From Leptospirales bacterium (GTDB lineage: Bacteria > Spirochaetota > Leptospiria > Turneriellales > JAOUFE01): a stretch of DNA of 64,000 nucleotides. Shown here in pieces: positions 52,384 to 63,540 of the stretch. The position numbers were made by a program, and so were the translations under genes. The notes below the pieces were generated by a model. The model ran no database searches. It was given only the letters and a program-made list of their open reading frames with translations, and had not been told where the DNA came from. The DNA lies in the NCBI GenBank assembly GCA_040326155.1, contig JBEQLE010000003.1, positions 45,387 through 109,386 on the forward strand, given 5' to 3'. Numbering within the stretch: position 1 is the first letter of the stretch; each line of letters begins with the position of its first letter.

Positions 52384-53769
52384 ATGACTACAGCAACGAA
52401 TGAAAAAACCGTTCCAAATAACACTACCGCACGCTCTGCATATATAGAAGACAGAAAAACAAAAAATGAAACCGGGAATTTTACCCAAATGCACTATGCG
52501 CGAGCCGGTATTACTACCGAAGAGATGATTATATGTGCAAATAAAGAACATATACATCCAGAGCTCGTCCGCAGAGAAGTGGCACGCGGCAGAATGGTTA
52601 TTCCGGCAAATATAAACCACACAAGTCTTGACCCTATGGCGATTGGAATTCAATCTACGGCAAAAATAAATGCAAATATTGGAAATTCCCAACTACAAAG
52701 CAATATAGAACAGGAAGTGGAAAAACTTAAATATGCGGTTCGGTTCGGTTCCGATACGGTAATGGACCTGTCGACCGGCGGCAACATTACAGAAATTCGC
52801 AACGCAATTATAGAAAACTCAGACGTGCCAATTGGTACTGTACCTGTGTATGAAATGCTAAGCAGAATCGACAAAATTCAAGACTTGAGCCGCCAGCTTA
52901 TACTGGAAGTTATTGAAGAACAAGCCGAGCAAGGTGTCGATTATATGACCATCCATTCCGGTATTTTATGGCAACATGTTCCCTTGGCGGCAAAAAGAAT
53001 TACAGGTATTGTCTCACGGGGCGGGGCTATTTTAGCGCAATGGATGGAGTCTCACCATAAACAAAACCCTTTTTACGACAATTGGGACGACATTTTAAAA
53101 ATATGCCAGAAACATGACGTTGTTCTCAGCCTGGGCGACGCAATGCGGCCAGGAAGTACACACGATGCCTCAGACGAAGCGCAGCTTGCAGAGTTAGAAA
53201 CCCTGGGCGAATTAACTCTAAAGTGCTGGGAAAAAGAAGTACAAGTCATGATCGAAGGTCCCGGACATGTTCCTTTAGATGAAGTGGAATGGAATATGCA
53301 CAAACAAATGGAAGTTTGTTTTGAAGCCCCTTTTTATGTGTTAGGTCCTATTGTAACCGATATTGCTCCCGGCTATGACCACATTACAAGCGCGGTAGGG
53401 GGAACAAATGCAGCTTTCGCCGGAGCAAGTATGCTTTGCTATGTAACTCCGAAAGAACACCTGGGTTTACCCGATATGGAAGACGTTCGCGAAGGCGTTA
53501 TTGCATACAAAATTGCCGCACACGCCGCAGATATTGCCAGAAAAAGATTTCGAGCAAGAGACCGTGACGATGAATTATCGCGAGCCCGTTATAATTTTGA
53601 CTGGAAAAAACAATTTGCACTTTCTCTCGATCCGGAAAAGGCCCAAACGATGCACGATGAAACGTTACCGCAAGATTCCTTTAAGTCGGCTGAATTTTGT
53701 TCGATGTGTGGACCAAAATTTTGCTCCATGAAAATTTCACAAAGTTTGAATCTTCAAGAAAAACTCTGA
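52384..53769 (+). CDS. thiC: Phosphomethylpyrimidine synthase
   Basis: [28 protein letters not shown] and CSMCGPKFC motifs. Confidence 0.98.
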   Translation: MTTATNEKTVPNNTTARSAYIEDRKTKNETGNFTQMHYARAGITTEEMIICANKEHIHPELVRREVARGRMVIPANINHTSLDPMAIGIQSTAKINANIGNSQLQSNIEQEVEKLKYAVRFGSDTVMDLSTGGNITEIRNAIIENSDVPIGTVPVYEMLSRIDKIQDLSRQLILEVIEEQAEQGVDYMTIHSGILWQHVPLAAKRITGIVSRGGAILAQWMESHHKQNPFYDNWDDILKICQKHDVVLSLGDAMRPGSTHDASDEAQLAELETLGELTLKCWEKEVQVMIEGPGHVPLDEVEWNMHKQMEVCFEAPFYVLGPIVTDIAPGYDHITSAVGGTNAAFAGASMLCYVTPKEHLGLPDMEDVREGVIAYKIAAHAADIARKRFRARDRDDELSRARYNFDWKKQFALSLDPEKAQTMHDETLPQDSFKSAEFCSMCGPKFCSMKISQSLNLQEKL

Positions 53770-54848
53770 TCTACCGGATAAGAACCAAGAACCCGAAAAA
53801 ATGGAGTTGAGTTTTTAATCAGCTCCAGAGCTTCCTTCACTTCAGGGTCATCGATATGACCTAATAAATCGAGATAAAAAATATAATTCCAGGGTTCCTT
53901 TCTATATGGACGAGATTCAATACTTGTCATATTCAACTTTCGCTCATGAATCGGTTGCAGGGCTTGAAATAAACTTCCCGGTTCATGATGAACCGCAAAC
54001 ATAATCGTTGTTCTCGAATCGGGAGTCGCCAGTGCTTTCTCTTTACTGATGACGATAAAGCGAGTATTATTTCTTTCGTGATCTTCAATCTTTTTGGCCA
54101 TTATGGGAAGGTTTAAAACTTCTGCAGCCGCAATCGGCGCAATAGCCGCTATCGAAGGGTCTTTTTTTTCAGCTATAATATGCGCCGCTTTTGAAGTCGA
54201 CGATGTTTCAATAAAATCAACTTTAGGAATATGTTTTTGAAGCCACTTTCTACACTGCCCAAAAGGCTGGGGATGCGTATAAATAGTTTTAATTTGCGAA
54301 TAATCTTCCGCATAAGATAGTAAATTATTATGTATGGCTAAATAGACTTCAGAGTAAATATTTAAGTCAAATTGAAGAAGGTGGTCGAGTGTATTGTTGA
54401 CAACTCCTTCAATTGAATTTTCAATGGGAACAATTCCATATCGAAGATTTTCTTTCTGTACTTCATCGAAAATTTCATAAAAACCAACACATGGAGTAAG
54501 CTCTATTGTATGCCCAAATTTCTTTATTGCTGCCTGGTGTGAAAAAGTTCCTTCTGGACCAAGATACCCTACTTTCATTGAAGTTTGAACATCTATAGTA
54601 GCCCCCATAATCTCACGAAAAATATTCTGTAGCCTGACATTATCGAGTTCACCGGGGTTTAACTCTTTAATACGATTTAAAACAGCCTGTTCCCGATCGG
54701 GACGAAAAAATGTTTCATCGCCCTCTCCGACTTTTGCTTCAGCAACCTTCTTACCGATTTTAATACGCTTCGAGATTAGATCTATCAGCTCTTTATCAAT
54801 TCTATTAATTTCTTTACGAACTTCTTCCAGCATATTATAACTCGTCAA
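53754..54848 (-). CDS. pheA: Chorismate mutase / prephenate dehydratase
   Basis: N-terminal CM2 domain; [17 protein letters not shown] and ACT-domain IESRP. Confidence 0.96.
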   Translation of the reverse strand: MTSYNMLEEVRKEINRIDKELIDLISKRIKIGKKVAEAKVGEGDETFFRPDREQAVLNRIKELNPGELDNVRLQNIFREIMGATIDVQTSMKVGYLGPEGTFSHQAAIKKFGHTIELTPCVGFYEIFDEVQKENLRYGIVPIENSIEGVVNNTLDHLLQFDLNIYSEVYLAIHNNLLSYAEDYSQIKTIYTHPQPFGQCRKWLQKHIPKVDFIETSSTSKAAHIIAEKKDPSIAAIAPIAAAEVLNLPIMAKKIEDHERNNTRFIVISKEKALATPDSRTTIMFAVHHEPGSLFQALQPIHERKLNMTSIESRPYRKEPWNYIFYLDLLGHIDDPEVKEALELIKNSTPFFRVLGSYPVDQSFS

Positions 54849-55380
54849 AATTTAATTCTTTAACTTCTTTCGGAGGCGGCAACTCTTTTAAACTATTGAT
54901 TCCAAAATATTCCAGAAAATCTTTTGTAGTAGAATAGAAACTCGGTTTTCCCGGCACATCTTTTTGGCCAGCAACTTTAATTAACTTTCGATTAATTAAC
55001 CCTGTAACCAGAGTTCTGGAATTTACACCTCGAATTTCCTCAACTTCCTGCAAAGTAATCGGTTGTTTATAGGTAATAATGGCCAATGTTTCAAGCATAG
55101 CTTTAGAAAGAGTTTGTTTTTTCTTTATCTGCAAATAATCTCTAATTATATGAAATGTAGCAGGCGAAGTTGCAAACTTATATTTTCCACCGGTTTCCTG
55201 TATAAAAATTCCGCCCTCTCTTTCATGGTAGTCATCCATAAGTGTATGAATATAAGTTTCAACAGTTTCATTAGCCTGCTCTAACACCGAGGCTATTTCA
55301 TTAATAGACAGTCCATCACCTGAAACATAAAGCAAGGCTTCTATGGCAGATTTAAGTATTTCGTGATTATTTTCGCTCAT
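54835..55380 (-). CDS. scpB: SMC-Scp complex subunit ScpB
   Basis: IEALL, LETLAII.YKQPIT, IRGV and FLEYFGI motifs. Confidence 0.96.
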   Translation of the reverse strand: MSENNHEILKSAIEALLYVSGDGLSINEIASVLEQANETVETYIHTLMDDYHEREGGIFIQETGGKYKFATSPATFHIIRDYLQIKKKQTLSKAMLETLAIITYKQPITLQEVEEIRGVNSRTLVTGLINRKLIKVAGQKDVPGKPSFYSTTKDFLEYFGINSLKELPPPKEVKELNFDEL

Positions 55381-56258
55381 TTTTGTTCATCTTTATTATC
55401 ATTAATATCATTAATATTTTCAGTATTATCAGAATTCGCAGAATCAGGATGTTCTCCATCTTGCTCGGTTTCTTCGGTTTCACTACTATAAATAATATCC
55501 CCACCCGCTTGAAAAAGTTTATCTGTCGGTGTTATTTTTATTTCCTGGTATTGACCTGCCTGGTGAATTTCAATAGCTCCTAGACGTACCAGCTCTAAAA
55601 TAGCCAGAAACGCTACGACTATACGCATAATCGAAGCATCTTTCAACCAATGAAAAAATACAAGTGACTCACTTTCCGCTAAAATATATTTTATTTCAGC
55701 CACCATCGTCTCAATATCAATTTCTTCTGCTTCAACTTCAAGCACTCCCTCTTTCTCTTTTTTATCGAGAAAATCTCTGAAGGCTTTCAAGAATACAACT
55801 AAATCGACATGCAAATAATCAATACCTTCTTCATAGTCCTTCCAGGTATTCTCTCGAATAAAACTTAAGTGCGAAGCGTCTTCAATCTCACGCAACTGTT
55901 CAGCAGCTATTTGAAATTTTTTATACTCCAGAAGTTGTTCTACCAATTCTGGAGGTAATGAATCGGGGTCATTTTCCTCTTCAAAACCAGGGTTCGGTAA
56001 TAAAAGTTTCGATTTGTAATTAATCAAGCGAGAGGCCATTAAAACAAATTCAGATTCTTCTTCAAGTGTCGATTTGCTTTTCTCAATATAATCTATAAAA
56101 TCGTCTGTCATTCTACTTAAAGAAACTTCAAAAATATCAACATCGTAATTTTCAATAAGCTTCCATAACAAGGCCAGCGGTCCTGCTTGTTGAACCCCAC
56201 CGCGTGTTACAAAAGATATCGAAAAAGGATCTTTTTTTTGTTCTGCAGATTGTGTCAT
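55377..56258 (-). CDS. scpA: Segregation/condensation protein A
   Basis: GPLALL..LI, KSKLLLP, LLEYK and FLAILEL motifs. Confidence 0.93.
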   Translation of the reverse strand: MTQSAEQKKDPFSISFVTRGGVQQAGPLALLWKLIENYDVDIFEVSLSRMTDDFIDYIEKSKSTLEEESEFVLMASRLINYKSKLLLPNPGFEEENDPDSLPPELVEQLLEYKKFQIAAEQLREIEDASHLSFIRENTWKDYEEGIDYLHVDLVVFLKAFRDFLDKKEKEGVLEVEAEEIDIETMVAEIKYILAESESLVFFHWLKDASIMRIVVAFLAILELVRLGAIEIHQAGQYQEIKITPTDKLFQAGGDIIYSSETEETEQDGEHPDSANSDNTENINDINDNKDEQK

Positions 56259-57274
56259 TTTTGAATTAAATAATTTGAACTCATACCGAGAACCGATTTC
56301 AACCTTTCAAGCGTTTCATTAGCCACCCCGGAAGCAACTTCGGCGCCATGGTGTAAAATCTCTTTCAACAGCTCGGGATTTTGCGTAAAATATTCTTTCT
56401 TCTCACGAAATGGTTCCGTCTCTTTTATAATTTCATCTGTAATTATTTTTTTACAATCGGTGCATCCAATACCGGCGCTTCTACACTCTTTCTCTATTTC
56501 ACCTTTTCGTGCCGGCAGAAAATAATCATAATAAGTAAAGACCGGGCATTTTTCCGGGTCTCCTTTGTCTGTCTTACGTACGCGATTCGTATCCGTAACC
56601 ATTTTCCGCATTTTCTGTGTCAATGAATCAATTTCTTCAGACAAAGCAATGGTATTTCCATAAGATTTGCTCATTTTTCTACCGTCTGTTCCCAATACTT
56701 TTGGATATTCTGATAAAAGAGCTTTAGGTTCAATAATAGAATTACCCTCGGAGGCTTTTGTTATATGGTTAAACCGTCGCGCGATCTCTCGCGAGAGCTC
56801 AAGGTGTGGAAGTTGGTCTTCACCTATGGGAACAATTTGCCCATTGTATAAAAATATATCGGCGGCTTGTAAAACCGGATATCCTAAAAAACCCTGAGAA
56901 TCAATATCTTTTTCTATATTTTCCTGTTTTTCTTTATAAGAAGGATTCCGGGTTAACCAGGAAACCGGAGTATACATAGATAACAACAAACTCAACTCAG
57001 CGTGGGCCTTCACATCAGATTGAACAAAGATTGTAGACTTTTCAGGATCAATGCCCGCAGCAATCCAATCTGAAACCAGGGGAGCTATAAAATTGTGGGC
57101 TTTCTCATATTCCGTATAAAATACAGTTAAAGAGTGCCAGTTCGCCACCATAAAAAAACATTCGTATTCGTTTTGTAGTTTAGTATAATTATTTAAAACA
57201 CCCAGATAATGTCCGAGATGAAGTTTCCCGGTCGGTTGCATTCCACTTAAAACTGTTTTTTTTGACATATCCAT
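56255..57274 (-). CDS. trpS: Tryptophan--tRNA ligase
   Basis: SGMQPTG.LHLGH, YPVLQAADI, GEDQ and KMSKS motifs. Confidence 0.98.
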   Translation of the reverse strand: MDMSKKTVLSGMQPTGKLHLGHYLGVLNNYTKLQNEYECFFMVANWHSLTVFYTEYEKAHNFIAPLVSDWIAAGIDPEKSTIFVQSDVKAHAELSLLLSMYTPVSWLTRNPSYKEKQENIEKDIDSQGFLGYPVLQAADIFLYNGQIVPIGEDQLPHLELSREIARRFNHITKASEGNSIIEPKALLSEYPKVLGTDGRKMSKSYGNTIALSEEIDSLTQKMRKMVTDTNRVRKTDKGDPEKCPVFTYYDYFLPARKGEIEKECRSAGIGCTDCKKIITDEIIKETEPFREKKEYFTQNPELLKEILHHGAEVASGVANETLERLKSVLGMSSNYLIQK

Positions 57275-57278
57275 ATTC

Positions 57279-57836
57279 TTATTCCATTATAAACCAGTTC
57301 AAAAATTGGTTACCATTGATAAAGTCATTATTCCAAAAGCCCGCCATAAGTGAAAGAATAAAGATAATTTTTACCGCAATCAAAGTTTTTTGTAAGAGCT
57401 TTTTGTGCATATAAAAAAAAGAAGCATCAAAAGGCGGAATGAAAATATAATTCACCAGATGCAACGTCCATGCCCCACTTATCAACCGTCTTACAAAAAG
57501 ATCAATATAGGACCCGACTTCAGGATTTTTTAAGCTATAATACAATAAGCCAAATCCGATCATAAGTAAAAACCAAAGCTGCGATAGAATAAAAAGCGTT
57601 AAAAAAGATTTACGCTCCCGATTCACCAGACCACCCCACGCAACGCCCCACAAAGAAAAAACAGCAAGCGCCCAGACATCTATTCGAACAATAACTTCAG
57701 AAAGCTTTTTATATCGCCACTCTTTTGCCAGGCTCATCGTATTCGACATTGCCGCAACAAACCACTCTTTGCCGGCAAATAAAATAAAGGCTACACCAAT
57801 GGAAACAATAGCATTTCCTATCGTCTCTGCGTCCAT
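57279..57836 (-). CDS. Degenerate site-2 protease (M50)-like membrane protein
   Basis: VNYIFIPPFDA resembles NLxPxxPLDG; no HExxH; sits in the usual position upstream of trpS. Confidence 0.5.
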   Translation of the reverse strand: MDAETIGNAIVSIGVAFILFAGKEWFVAAMSNTMSLAKEWRYKKLSEVIVRIDVWALAVFSLWGVAWGGLVNRERKSFLTLFILSQLWFLLMIGFGLLYYSLKNPEVGSYIDLFVRRLISGAWTLHLVNYIFIPPFDASFFYMHKKLLQKTLIAVKIIFILSLMAGFWNNDFINGNQFLNWFIME

Positions 57837-58039
57837 TGAGCTCCCCCACCTACGAAATGTATAATTTCAATTTTATCCGTATCTACCAGGGAAATCTTTT
57901 CATACCCCGACTTTTTTACAATAGATCCGTTAATTTCAATCGCTACACGATCTTTATTCAAGTTATAATAACCCAGCAAACCTGATATTTCAGGGGATGC
58001 TAATTTAGAAAGTTCAATTTGTTCCCCATTGACTATCAA
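57818..58039 (-). CDS. thiS: Sulfur carrier protein ThiS
   Basis: IVNGE, VAIEING and DKIEIIHFVGGG, followed by a short extension. Confidence 0.88.
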   Translation of the reverse strand: MIVNGEQIELSKLASPEISGLLGYYNLNKDRVAIEINGSIVKKSGYEKISLVDTDKIEIIHFVGGGAQWTQRR

Positions 58040-58794
58040 TGATCACTCCGATAATATATATATTGTTTAAGTTGGTAAATACCAACAACTGCCGCCGTTT
58101 CCGACCTGAGAACATTTCGGGAAAGATTTATACATGGGAAACGATTTTTTAAAAAATTCCGCTCCTTTTCAGACCATCCCCCTTCGGGGCCATTCATAAA
58201 ACCAAAACCACTGTTTGACATATTGCCAGTACCCTCTTTCAAGTCCAGAGTTTCTCCCGTATGCCAATCACCCCAAAAATAAGTCGACTCTTCTTCGTAA
58301 GGATATTCCATCAAATTAGCGTTAAACTGCTTTATTAGAGGTAAAAAAGGGTTTTTTGACTGTTTACAAGCCTCGTAAGCAATTTTTTCTAACCTCTCCA
58401 GTTTATCAAGCCCGGCATTGGAATAATCTGAATTTATAAAATGAATTTCATCTACACCCAGTTCGGTAATTTTTTGAACCATAATCTCCAAGTGTTTTTT
58501 TTTGACAGGAGCCATTATTAGCAATGTCTGCATAGGCCGTTTTTCTGGTTTCAATACACCACAAGAAGCGGTTACATCGTCATCAGCGATCTTACAAGGT
58601 AAAACATTCCCAACACCATCTGTAACATGTATTAAAACTTCTCCGCGCAAACGAAGCGATTTTCGAATATGATGCAAGTCCGTAGCAGGAAGTTGTATGC
58701 GTTCCCCTTGATTAAGTCTTTGAAACTCATTCAAGGGCAAAATAACAAATGGTGTTTGATAAAAATCGTCAATACCACTAACAGCGTCAGGCAT
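58036..58794 (-). CDS. rsmE: 16S rRNA m3U1498 methyltransferase
   Basis: HHI..SLR, QKITELGV, EACKQS, GPEGGWS and VLRSETA motifs. Confidence 0.93.
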   Translation of the reverse strand: MPDAVSGIDDFYQTPFVILPLNEFQRLNQGERIQLPATDLHHIRKSLRLRGEVLIHVTDGVGNVLPCKIADDDVTASCGVLKPEKRPMQTLLIMAPVKKKHLEIMVQKITELGVDEIHFINSDYSNAGLDKLERLEKIAYEACKQSKNPFLPLIKQFNANLMEYPYEEESTYFWGDWHTGETLDLKEGTGNMSNSGFGFMNGPEGGWSEKERNFLKNRFPCINLSRNVLRSETAAVVGIYQLKQYIYYRSDH

Positions 58795-58818
58795 TTGAAA
58801 AAAATTAAACCGAGATTA

Positions 58819-61596
58819 TCAGCTCAGTTTGCCTTCTTTATTAATAGCCTTATCGATATTAAGAACTTCGAGTTCCTGCGTTTTATCACCGGAACCGAAA
58901 CTGGCCTGGCCACCCACTTTGGTATGCAATAGGGCTTCCCCAAGTGGAGATTTATAAGAAATAATTCCTTTATCCACATCAGCATCCCACTGGTCCATAA
59001 TCGAATAAACGAAAATATCGCCGGTCTTTACATCTTTAAGTTTAACTCTTGTTCCAAGACTGACCTGATCATTCGGCACCTGGTTAGATATAATTAATTT
59101 AACTTCTTTTAATTGATTTTCAAGTCGAGTTAAGTTCGCTTGTAAAATAATCTGATTTTCAAGAGCAGCCTTATATTCCGAATTTTCCCGAAGGTCACCT
59201 TTTTCTTGAGCAAGACCAATATCTTTTGAATTTGCGGGCATTTCAACCTTAACAATATGGTCCAGTTCAGCCTGCATATCATCAATCGCGTTCTGGCTGG
59301 CCACAGTTCCATTGCTTTTAATTAAGTCATCGAGAACATTTACAGGGCTGATCTTATCAGCGCTCTCATCTTGTGTCATATCTGCGTGCATTTGTTTTAT
59401 AGCAACAATCAAATCTTCTTTATCATGATCACTGATAAAAGCTATATCTTTTATAAGCGATATTAATTTTCTTGCATAGTCACTTGACTGAGTTTGAATT
59501 TCGATAAATAAATCTTTTTGAGTAGCACCGACTAAAATATCTTTAGCTGCATTTTTCAGCTTTGTTCCTTTAGGCTCAATTTTTGGAATCACTTTCAACA
59601 GCCGAAAAAATGTAAGCGTCTCTTCGCCCAGCGGCGCCTCAGGTATACCCCACGCTTTTGTCAGCAGGTTCTTCATCACCCATAAATAAACTTCCGGATG
59701 GTCTTTCGACTCCTGGCGAAGCTTTTTACGGAATTCCATAATAAGTTCAAACGCTTCATCGGAAATTAATTCGGCAATTAATAACTTATGAACTTTAACG
59801 GGAATATGAAATAATATCTCAAAATATACTTTTTGCCATTCTGGATGATGAGCCAAAAGCCATTTTGCATAGCTTTTATTAATTTCGGTATCTTTAAACT
59901 TTAAGGCTAATGCGGAAGCTTCCTTAACAGTTAATTTAATAGATTCTTCAATTGCGGACGTTAACTCATCGGCAGTATAAATAGTATCTTCTTCACTTAA
60001 TGCTTCTTGAAACAGGTCAAGTACCCAGATACTTTGCAGTCTGGCGGAAAGATCAAAAGATCGAACCGACTCTTTAAATACAGGTTGCATATATTCAATT
60101 GCGTCAACATAATCAGCGGGATTTTTCAAACAGGTCATAGCGCCCGAAACTCGTTCTTCAAAACCTGCCCCGGCTTGAAAAGCTTCAATAGCTTTTTCAG
60201 AAAGTGTAATAGGAACTTCGTAATATTCGATAATATCTCGTTTTTTAGGCGAAATACCAATATGATTATCTTTTAAAAGCTGAGAGCGAATTTTTGTCCA
60301 CCATTTTGACCAGTCCTTAATGGATACATATACATCGCTTAATTCGGTTTTAATATCCGTTAAAGATATTCTATTTCCAAAAGATTGAATCAATATCTTA
60401 AAAAACTGTATTAAATCTTCATCGAAAAGTTTCTGCAACTCTTCTGGTTTTTCATATTGATGAACCCAAAAATGGTCTTCTTTCAAAGGTTTTAAAGACT
60501 TCAAAGCCATTTGAATCTGCATTCTATGGTTAATTTTATCTTTAAAATCAATAACCATTTCAGATGTATTAAAATCATTAATTTTTCCAACTCCCCAGGA
60601 GCGGTGAAAAACATAGTTACCTTGGTCAAATACAATATTGGTTTCAAAATCTTGAATTGAATTTAAAATATTCTTCTTATTATTAAGTAATCCTGAATAA
60701 CGAATAAAATCTTCAAGTAACGAGTGATCAGCATACTTTTTGCGGTACGTTTCAACCAACTCTTTTTTAAAGCGCAAATAGTTCGGGTTATACTCCAAAA
60801 CCTTTTTGCAAAGCATAATAATATGATCTAAATCTTCATTACGAATAAAGTAATATGTCAGTTGAACATAAAGGTCTGACAAAATCTCTTTTTGCCTGTG
60901 CCCACTGAGAACTCGTTCAATCTTCTTAAAGAAAGGAAGGTCTTCCGGTATCAATTCAACCAGTTTATTCCATACGATTTTCAGTTTTTCAAATTGAAGG
61001 TTCTTGGCATAAGCTTCAGCCGATTGCTTATAGAATTGAATACCTTTGTCAATATCTTCATCAATAATTGCATCAGCATACTTAAAAGCTACATCGGGAT
61101 TCTTTCGATCTACCTTTGCTAATTTCTCAAGAACCGGGATAGTTTCTTTAATCTTGCCAAGTTTTTCAAGAGCCGTAACTTTGGCCCTCAATATAGTTCG
61201 ATTTTCAGAAACTTCAAGCATTTGGTCAGATAAATATTCAACCACAGCCCACTTTGAAATTTCCTGAAACTGATCAAGCAATTGCTTTAAATATATAATT
61301 TCATCAGGTAAGTTCTTTTTTAGAGCAATCATTCCAATAAAATAACGCCCCGCAACAGAGGCTTCATATTCATTCAAATGCTCTTTAGCCATTTCTTTTA
61401 AACGGTCTAAAAAATCTTCCTCTATAGCTTCTTGAAAAATGGTATCAAGTAAATTAAACCGAGAAATACTGACATCTTTTGCAGACACTCTGGTCCACTT
61501 TTCTTCATTAAACTGACTTTGAACTTTTGCTTCAATAGAACTTGGATTTTCAGGCAAATCGGATTCTGTAGAAGTCGTAACAGTTTCTTTATCCAT
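58819..61596 (-). CDS. greA: Transcription elongation factor GreA with large TPR-like N-terminal extension
   Basis: C-terminal GDLRENSEYKAA and ISYKSPLG; internal VFHRSWGVG; architecture typical of spirochaetes. Confidence 0.93.
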   Translation of the reverse strand: MDKETVTTSTESDLPENPSSIEAKVQSQFNEEKWTRVSAKDVSISRFNLLDTIFQEAIEEDFLDRLKEMAKEHLNEYEASVAGRYFIGMIALKKNLPDEIIYLKQLLDQFQEISKWAVVEYLSDQMLEVSENRTILRAKVTALEKLGKIKETIPVLEKLAKVDRKNPDVAFKYADAIIDEDIDKGIQFYKQSAEAYAKNLQFEKLKIVWNKLVELIPEDLPFFKKIERVLSGHRQKEILSDLYVQLTYYFIRNEDLDHIIMLCKKVLEYNPNYLRFKKELVETYRKKYADHSLLEDFIRYSGLLNNKKNILNSIQDFETNIVFDQGNYVFHRSWGVGKINDFNTSEMVIDFKDKINHRMQIQMALKSLKPLKEDHFWVHQYEKPEELQKLFDEDLIQFFKILIQSFGNRISLTDIKTELSDVYVSIKDWSKWWTKIRSQLLKDNHIGISPKKRDIIEYYEVPITLSEKAIEAFQAGAGFEERVSGAMTCLKNPADYVDAIEYMQPVFKESVRSFDLSARLQSIWVLDLFQEALSEEDTIYTADELTSAIEESIKLTVKEASALALKFKDTEINKSYAKWLLAHHPEWQKVYFEILFHIPVKVHKLLIAELISDEAFELIMEFRKKLRQESKDHPEVYLWVMKNLLTKAWGIPEAPLGEETLTFFRLLKVIPKIEPKGTKLKNAAKDILVGATQKDLFIEIQTQSSDYARKLISLIKDIAFISDHDKEDLIVAIKQMHADMTQDESADKISPVNVLDDLIKSNGTVASQNAIDDMQAELDHIVKVEMPANSKDIGLAQEKGDLRENSEYKAALENQIILQANLTRLENQLKEVKLIISNQVPNDQVSLGTRVKLKDVKTGDIFVYSIMDQWDADVDKGIISYKSPLGEALLHTKVGGQASFGSGDKTQELEVLNIDKAINKEGKLS

Positions 61597-61739
61597 ATAT
61601 ATATTCCTTACAAATGCATGATTATCCGATTCACGGAATCTAGCGCGATAATTAATTATAGTAGCAATATACTACTATCGAAATAACGATAATAGCTTAA
61701 ATTGCAATTGTCAAGCCCTTTTTTAATATCAGAGAATAG

Positions 61740-61777
61740 AATATTCGGCAAGTCTTTTACAAAACTTGCCGAATATT
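61740..61777 (-). terminator. Perfect 14-bp inverted repeat downstream of flaA1 (terminator or mRNA-stabilising hairpin)
   Basis: AATATTCGGCAAGT-N10-ACTTGCCGAATATT. Confidence 0.75.
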
Positions 61778-61792
61778 GAATTTAGAGTAGAA

Positions 61793-62644
61793 TTAACTGC
61801 CACCGTTACCGATTGCATCTTCTTTAAGACGTTTCTCATAATCAATCATTTTATCTTTTTGATCTCTATCTTTCTGGTCAAAATCCATATCAGCGCCGTC
61901 AAAGTAAACGTCGTAGACATCGGTTAAAACCTTTAAACTATCAAAAAACAAAATAACACTTTCATTACTGGTTTTGTGTGTAGAACGAATTACAAACTTT
62001 TTAAACACTAATGTTTTAGTTTGTGGATAAGAACTTACATCCTGAGGTACCGAGTCAGGAATAATTACCGTTAAAGGTCTCCACCCAACAAAGTCCAGCG
62101 AACCGAATTTATAGATATGCGTATCACCTTTCCAGTCTTCTATCCAACCTTCAAGTATATACTCATTTCCCCGGCCAAGAATCCATACACTGACAGCTTT
62201 TACTTTACCTGGTAATTCAATACCGGGTACCGATTCGTATCGACGCTCGTTATTTTCATCAAGTACATCAAGCGGACGTTTAACGACTTTGTCTGCTGGT
62301 GGCACTAAAACCACTTTATTCTCAACGCCGGAATATACAAATTCATAGCGAATAGCAAACGATTTCTTATTGCCTTTATCTTGAAGAAGGTTCTTAGGTT
62401 GTCCATCGACCAATTTAGATTCAATAATCCCTTGCGGTTCGCCTGGGACTACTTTCGCAACCCACTTGGCATTTTCCCAACCTTCTACAACAATCGAACG
62501 AAGCTCCAGCGAATCTACGTCATCGCCGGTTGCTGTCTCAATCGAATAAATGGCTGAAGCTAATAACATAACCACCACAGATATAGATGTAAAGAGAACT
62601 TTTTTTCTTCGTATTAAACTTTTCATTTTCAACTCCTTGTCCAA
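61793..62644 (-). CDS. flaA1: Flagellar filament sheath protein FlaA1
   Basis: KAVSVWILGRGNEY, EDWKGDTH and GSLDFVGWRPL, Leptospira FlaA1-type. Confidence 0.88.
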   Translation of the reverse strand: MDKELKMKSLIRRKKVLFTSISVVVMLLASAIYSIETATGDDVDSLELRSIVVEGWENAKWVAKVVPGEPQGIIESKLVDGQPKNLLQDKGNKKSFAIRYEFVYSGVENKVVLVPPADKVVKRPLDVLDENNERRYESVPGIELPGKVKAVSVWILGRGNEYILEGWIEDWKGDTHIYKFGSLDFVGWRPLTVIIPDSVPQDVSSYPQTKTLVFKKFVIRSTHKTSNESVILFFDSLKVLTDVYDVYFDGADMDFDQKDRDQKDKMIDYEKRLKEDAIGNGGS

Positions 62645-62655
62645 TCGACCTGATT

Positions 62656-63408
62656 TTACCAGGTATCCTTGATTAAACTTCCGGGGTAATCCATTTCGGA
62701 TTTATCAACCTTCATAAAAAGATTATCGACATAGAAATAAAAAATTCCCGGTACTTCGTGCGTATCACTTACTACAAACAATGATACAAAATGTAAATTC
62801 TTGTTGTACAATGCGAAACGTGTGCTTTGTGGAACCCATCCTGGAATCGGTACGGTTATCTTTCTCCAACCAAAGAAGTCAAGACGGCCCATCCGAATTT
62901 TGTGGACATTCCCACGATAGTCTCGTAATTTTACATATAATGTATGCCTGTACTGTCTGCCAAGCACCCATATGGATATTTGTTTCCCAATACCCTGAAT
63001 AATGTACTCATGGGGCGGTTTAACTTCGACACGATCAAAACCCCTGTCAACAAAGTAGGTTTTTACACCAAGTACATGATTCTGTCCTTCAACAAAATCC
63101 TTCGTTTCATCTTCAGTTAAATTACCCGGATTCTGGGGATCTTCGATCTTTCCCAATTGAACGGATTTTTTTATTTTAGTGTCACCCAGAGGACTGGTGG
63201 CAAAAGCTCTCCAATCTTCGGCTTCTTCAAATTTATTTAACTCAATATCATTCATGCCGCCTCTGGTCTTTTCACCAGCAACAGGTTCGGCTGTCGTATC
63301 GGTCGTAGTATCGGTTGTAGTTTCAGTCTCCTGTGCAAAGAGACTGGCCCCCAGACCAATAACTGATCCAACAATAATACTTAATAACCATTTTTGCGTT
63401 GTTCCCAT
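62656..63408 (-). CDS. flaA2: Flagellar filament sheath protein FlaA2
   Basis: FEEAEDW, VLGVK, ISIWVLGR and GRLDFFGWRK motifs; signal peptide. Confidence 0.88.
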   Translation of the reverse strand: MGTTQKWLLSIIVGSVIGLGASLFAQETETTTDTTTDTTAEPVAGEKTRGGMNDIELNKFEEAEDWRAFATSPLGDTKIKKSVQLGKIEDPQNPGNLTEDETKDFVEGQNHVLGVKTYFVDRGFDRVEVKPPHEYIIQGIGKQISIWVLGRQYRHTLYVKLRDYRGNVHKIRMGRLDFFGWRKITVPIPGWVPQSTRFALYNKNLHFVSLFVVSDTHEVPGIFYFYVDNLFMKVDKSEMDYPGSLIKDTW

Positions 63409-63471
63409 GGCAAACTCCTTTTTACCTGATCTTATAACTTATACTCAAGAACGTTTCAGTCCTTACTAGTT

Positions 63472-63499
63472 TTATCGGTTCATTTCATTCTAATCTTTA
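63472..63499 (-). promoter_or_regulatory. Sigma-28 (FliA)-type promoter of flaA2-flaA1
   Basis: Minus strand TAAA-N16-ACCGATAA about 65 nt upstream of flaA2. Confidence 0.65.
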
Positions 63500-63540
63500 T
63501 AATATCAAGTTCTATAACAAAAAATATACAAAAAACGCAC

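Noticed and set aside
58819..61596. Giant 925-aa GreA as a novel fusion
   Set aside because: N-terminally extended GreA is already known in spirochaetes and chlamydiae
63280..63330. Short GTCGTA/GTAGT repeats in flaA2
   Set aside because: They encode a low-complexity Thr/Asp linker (TTTDTTTDTT), not a CRISPR or DNA repeat
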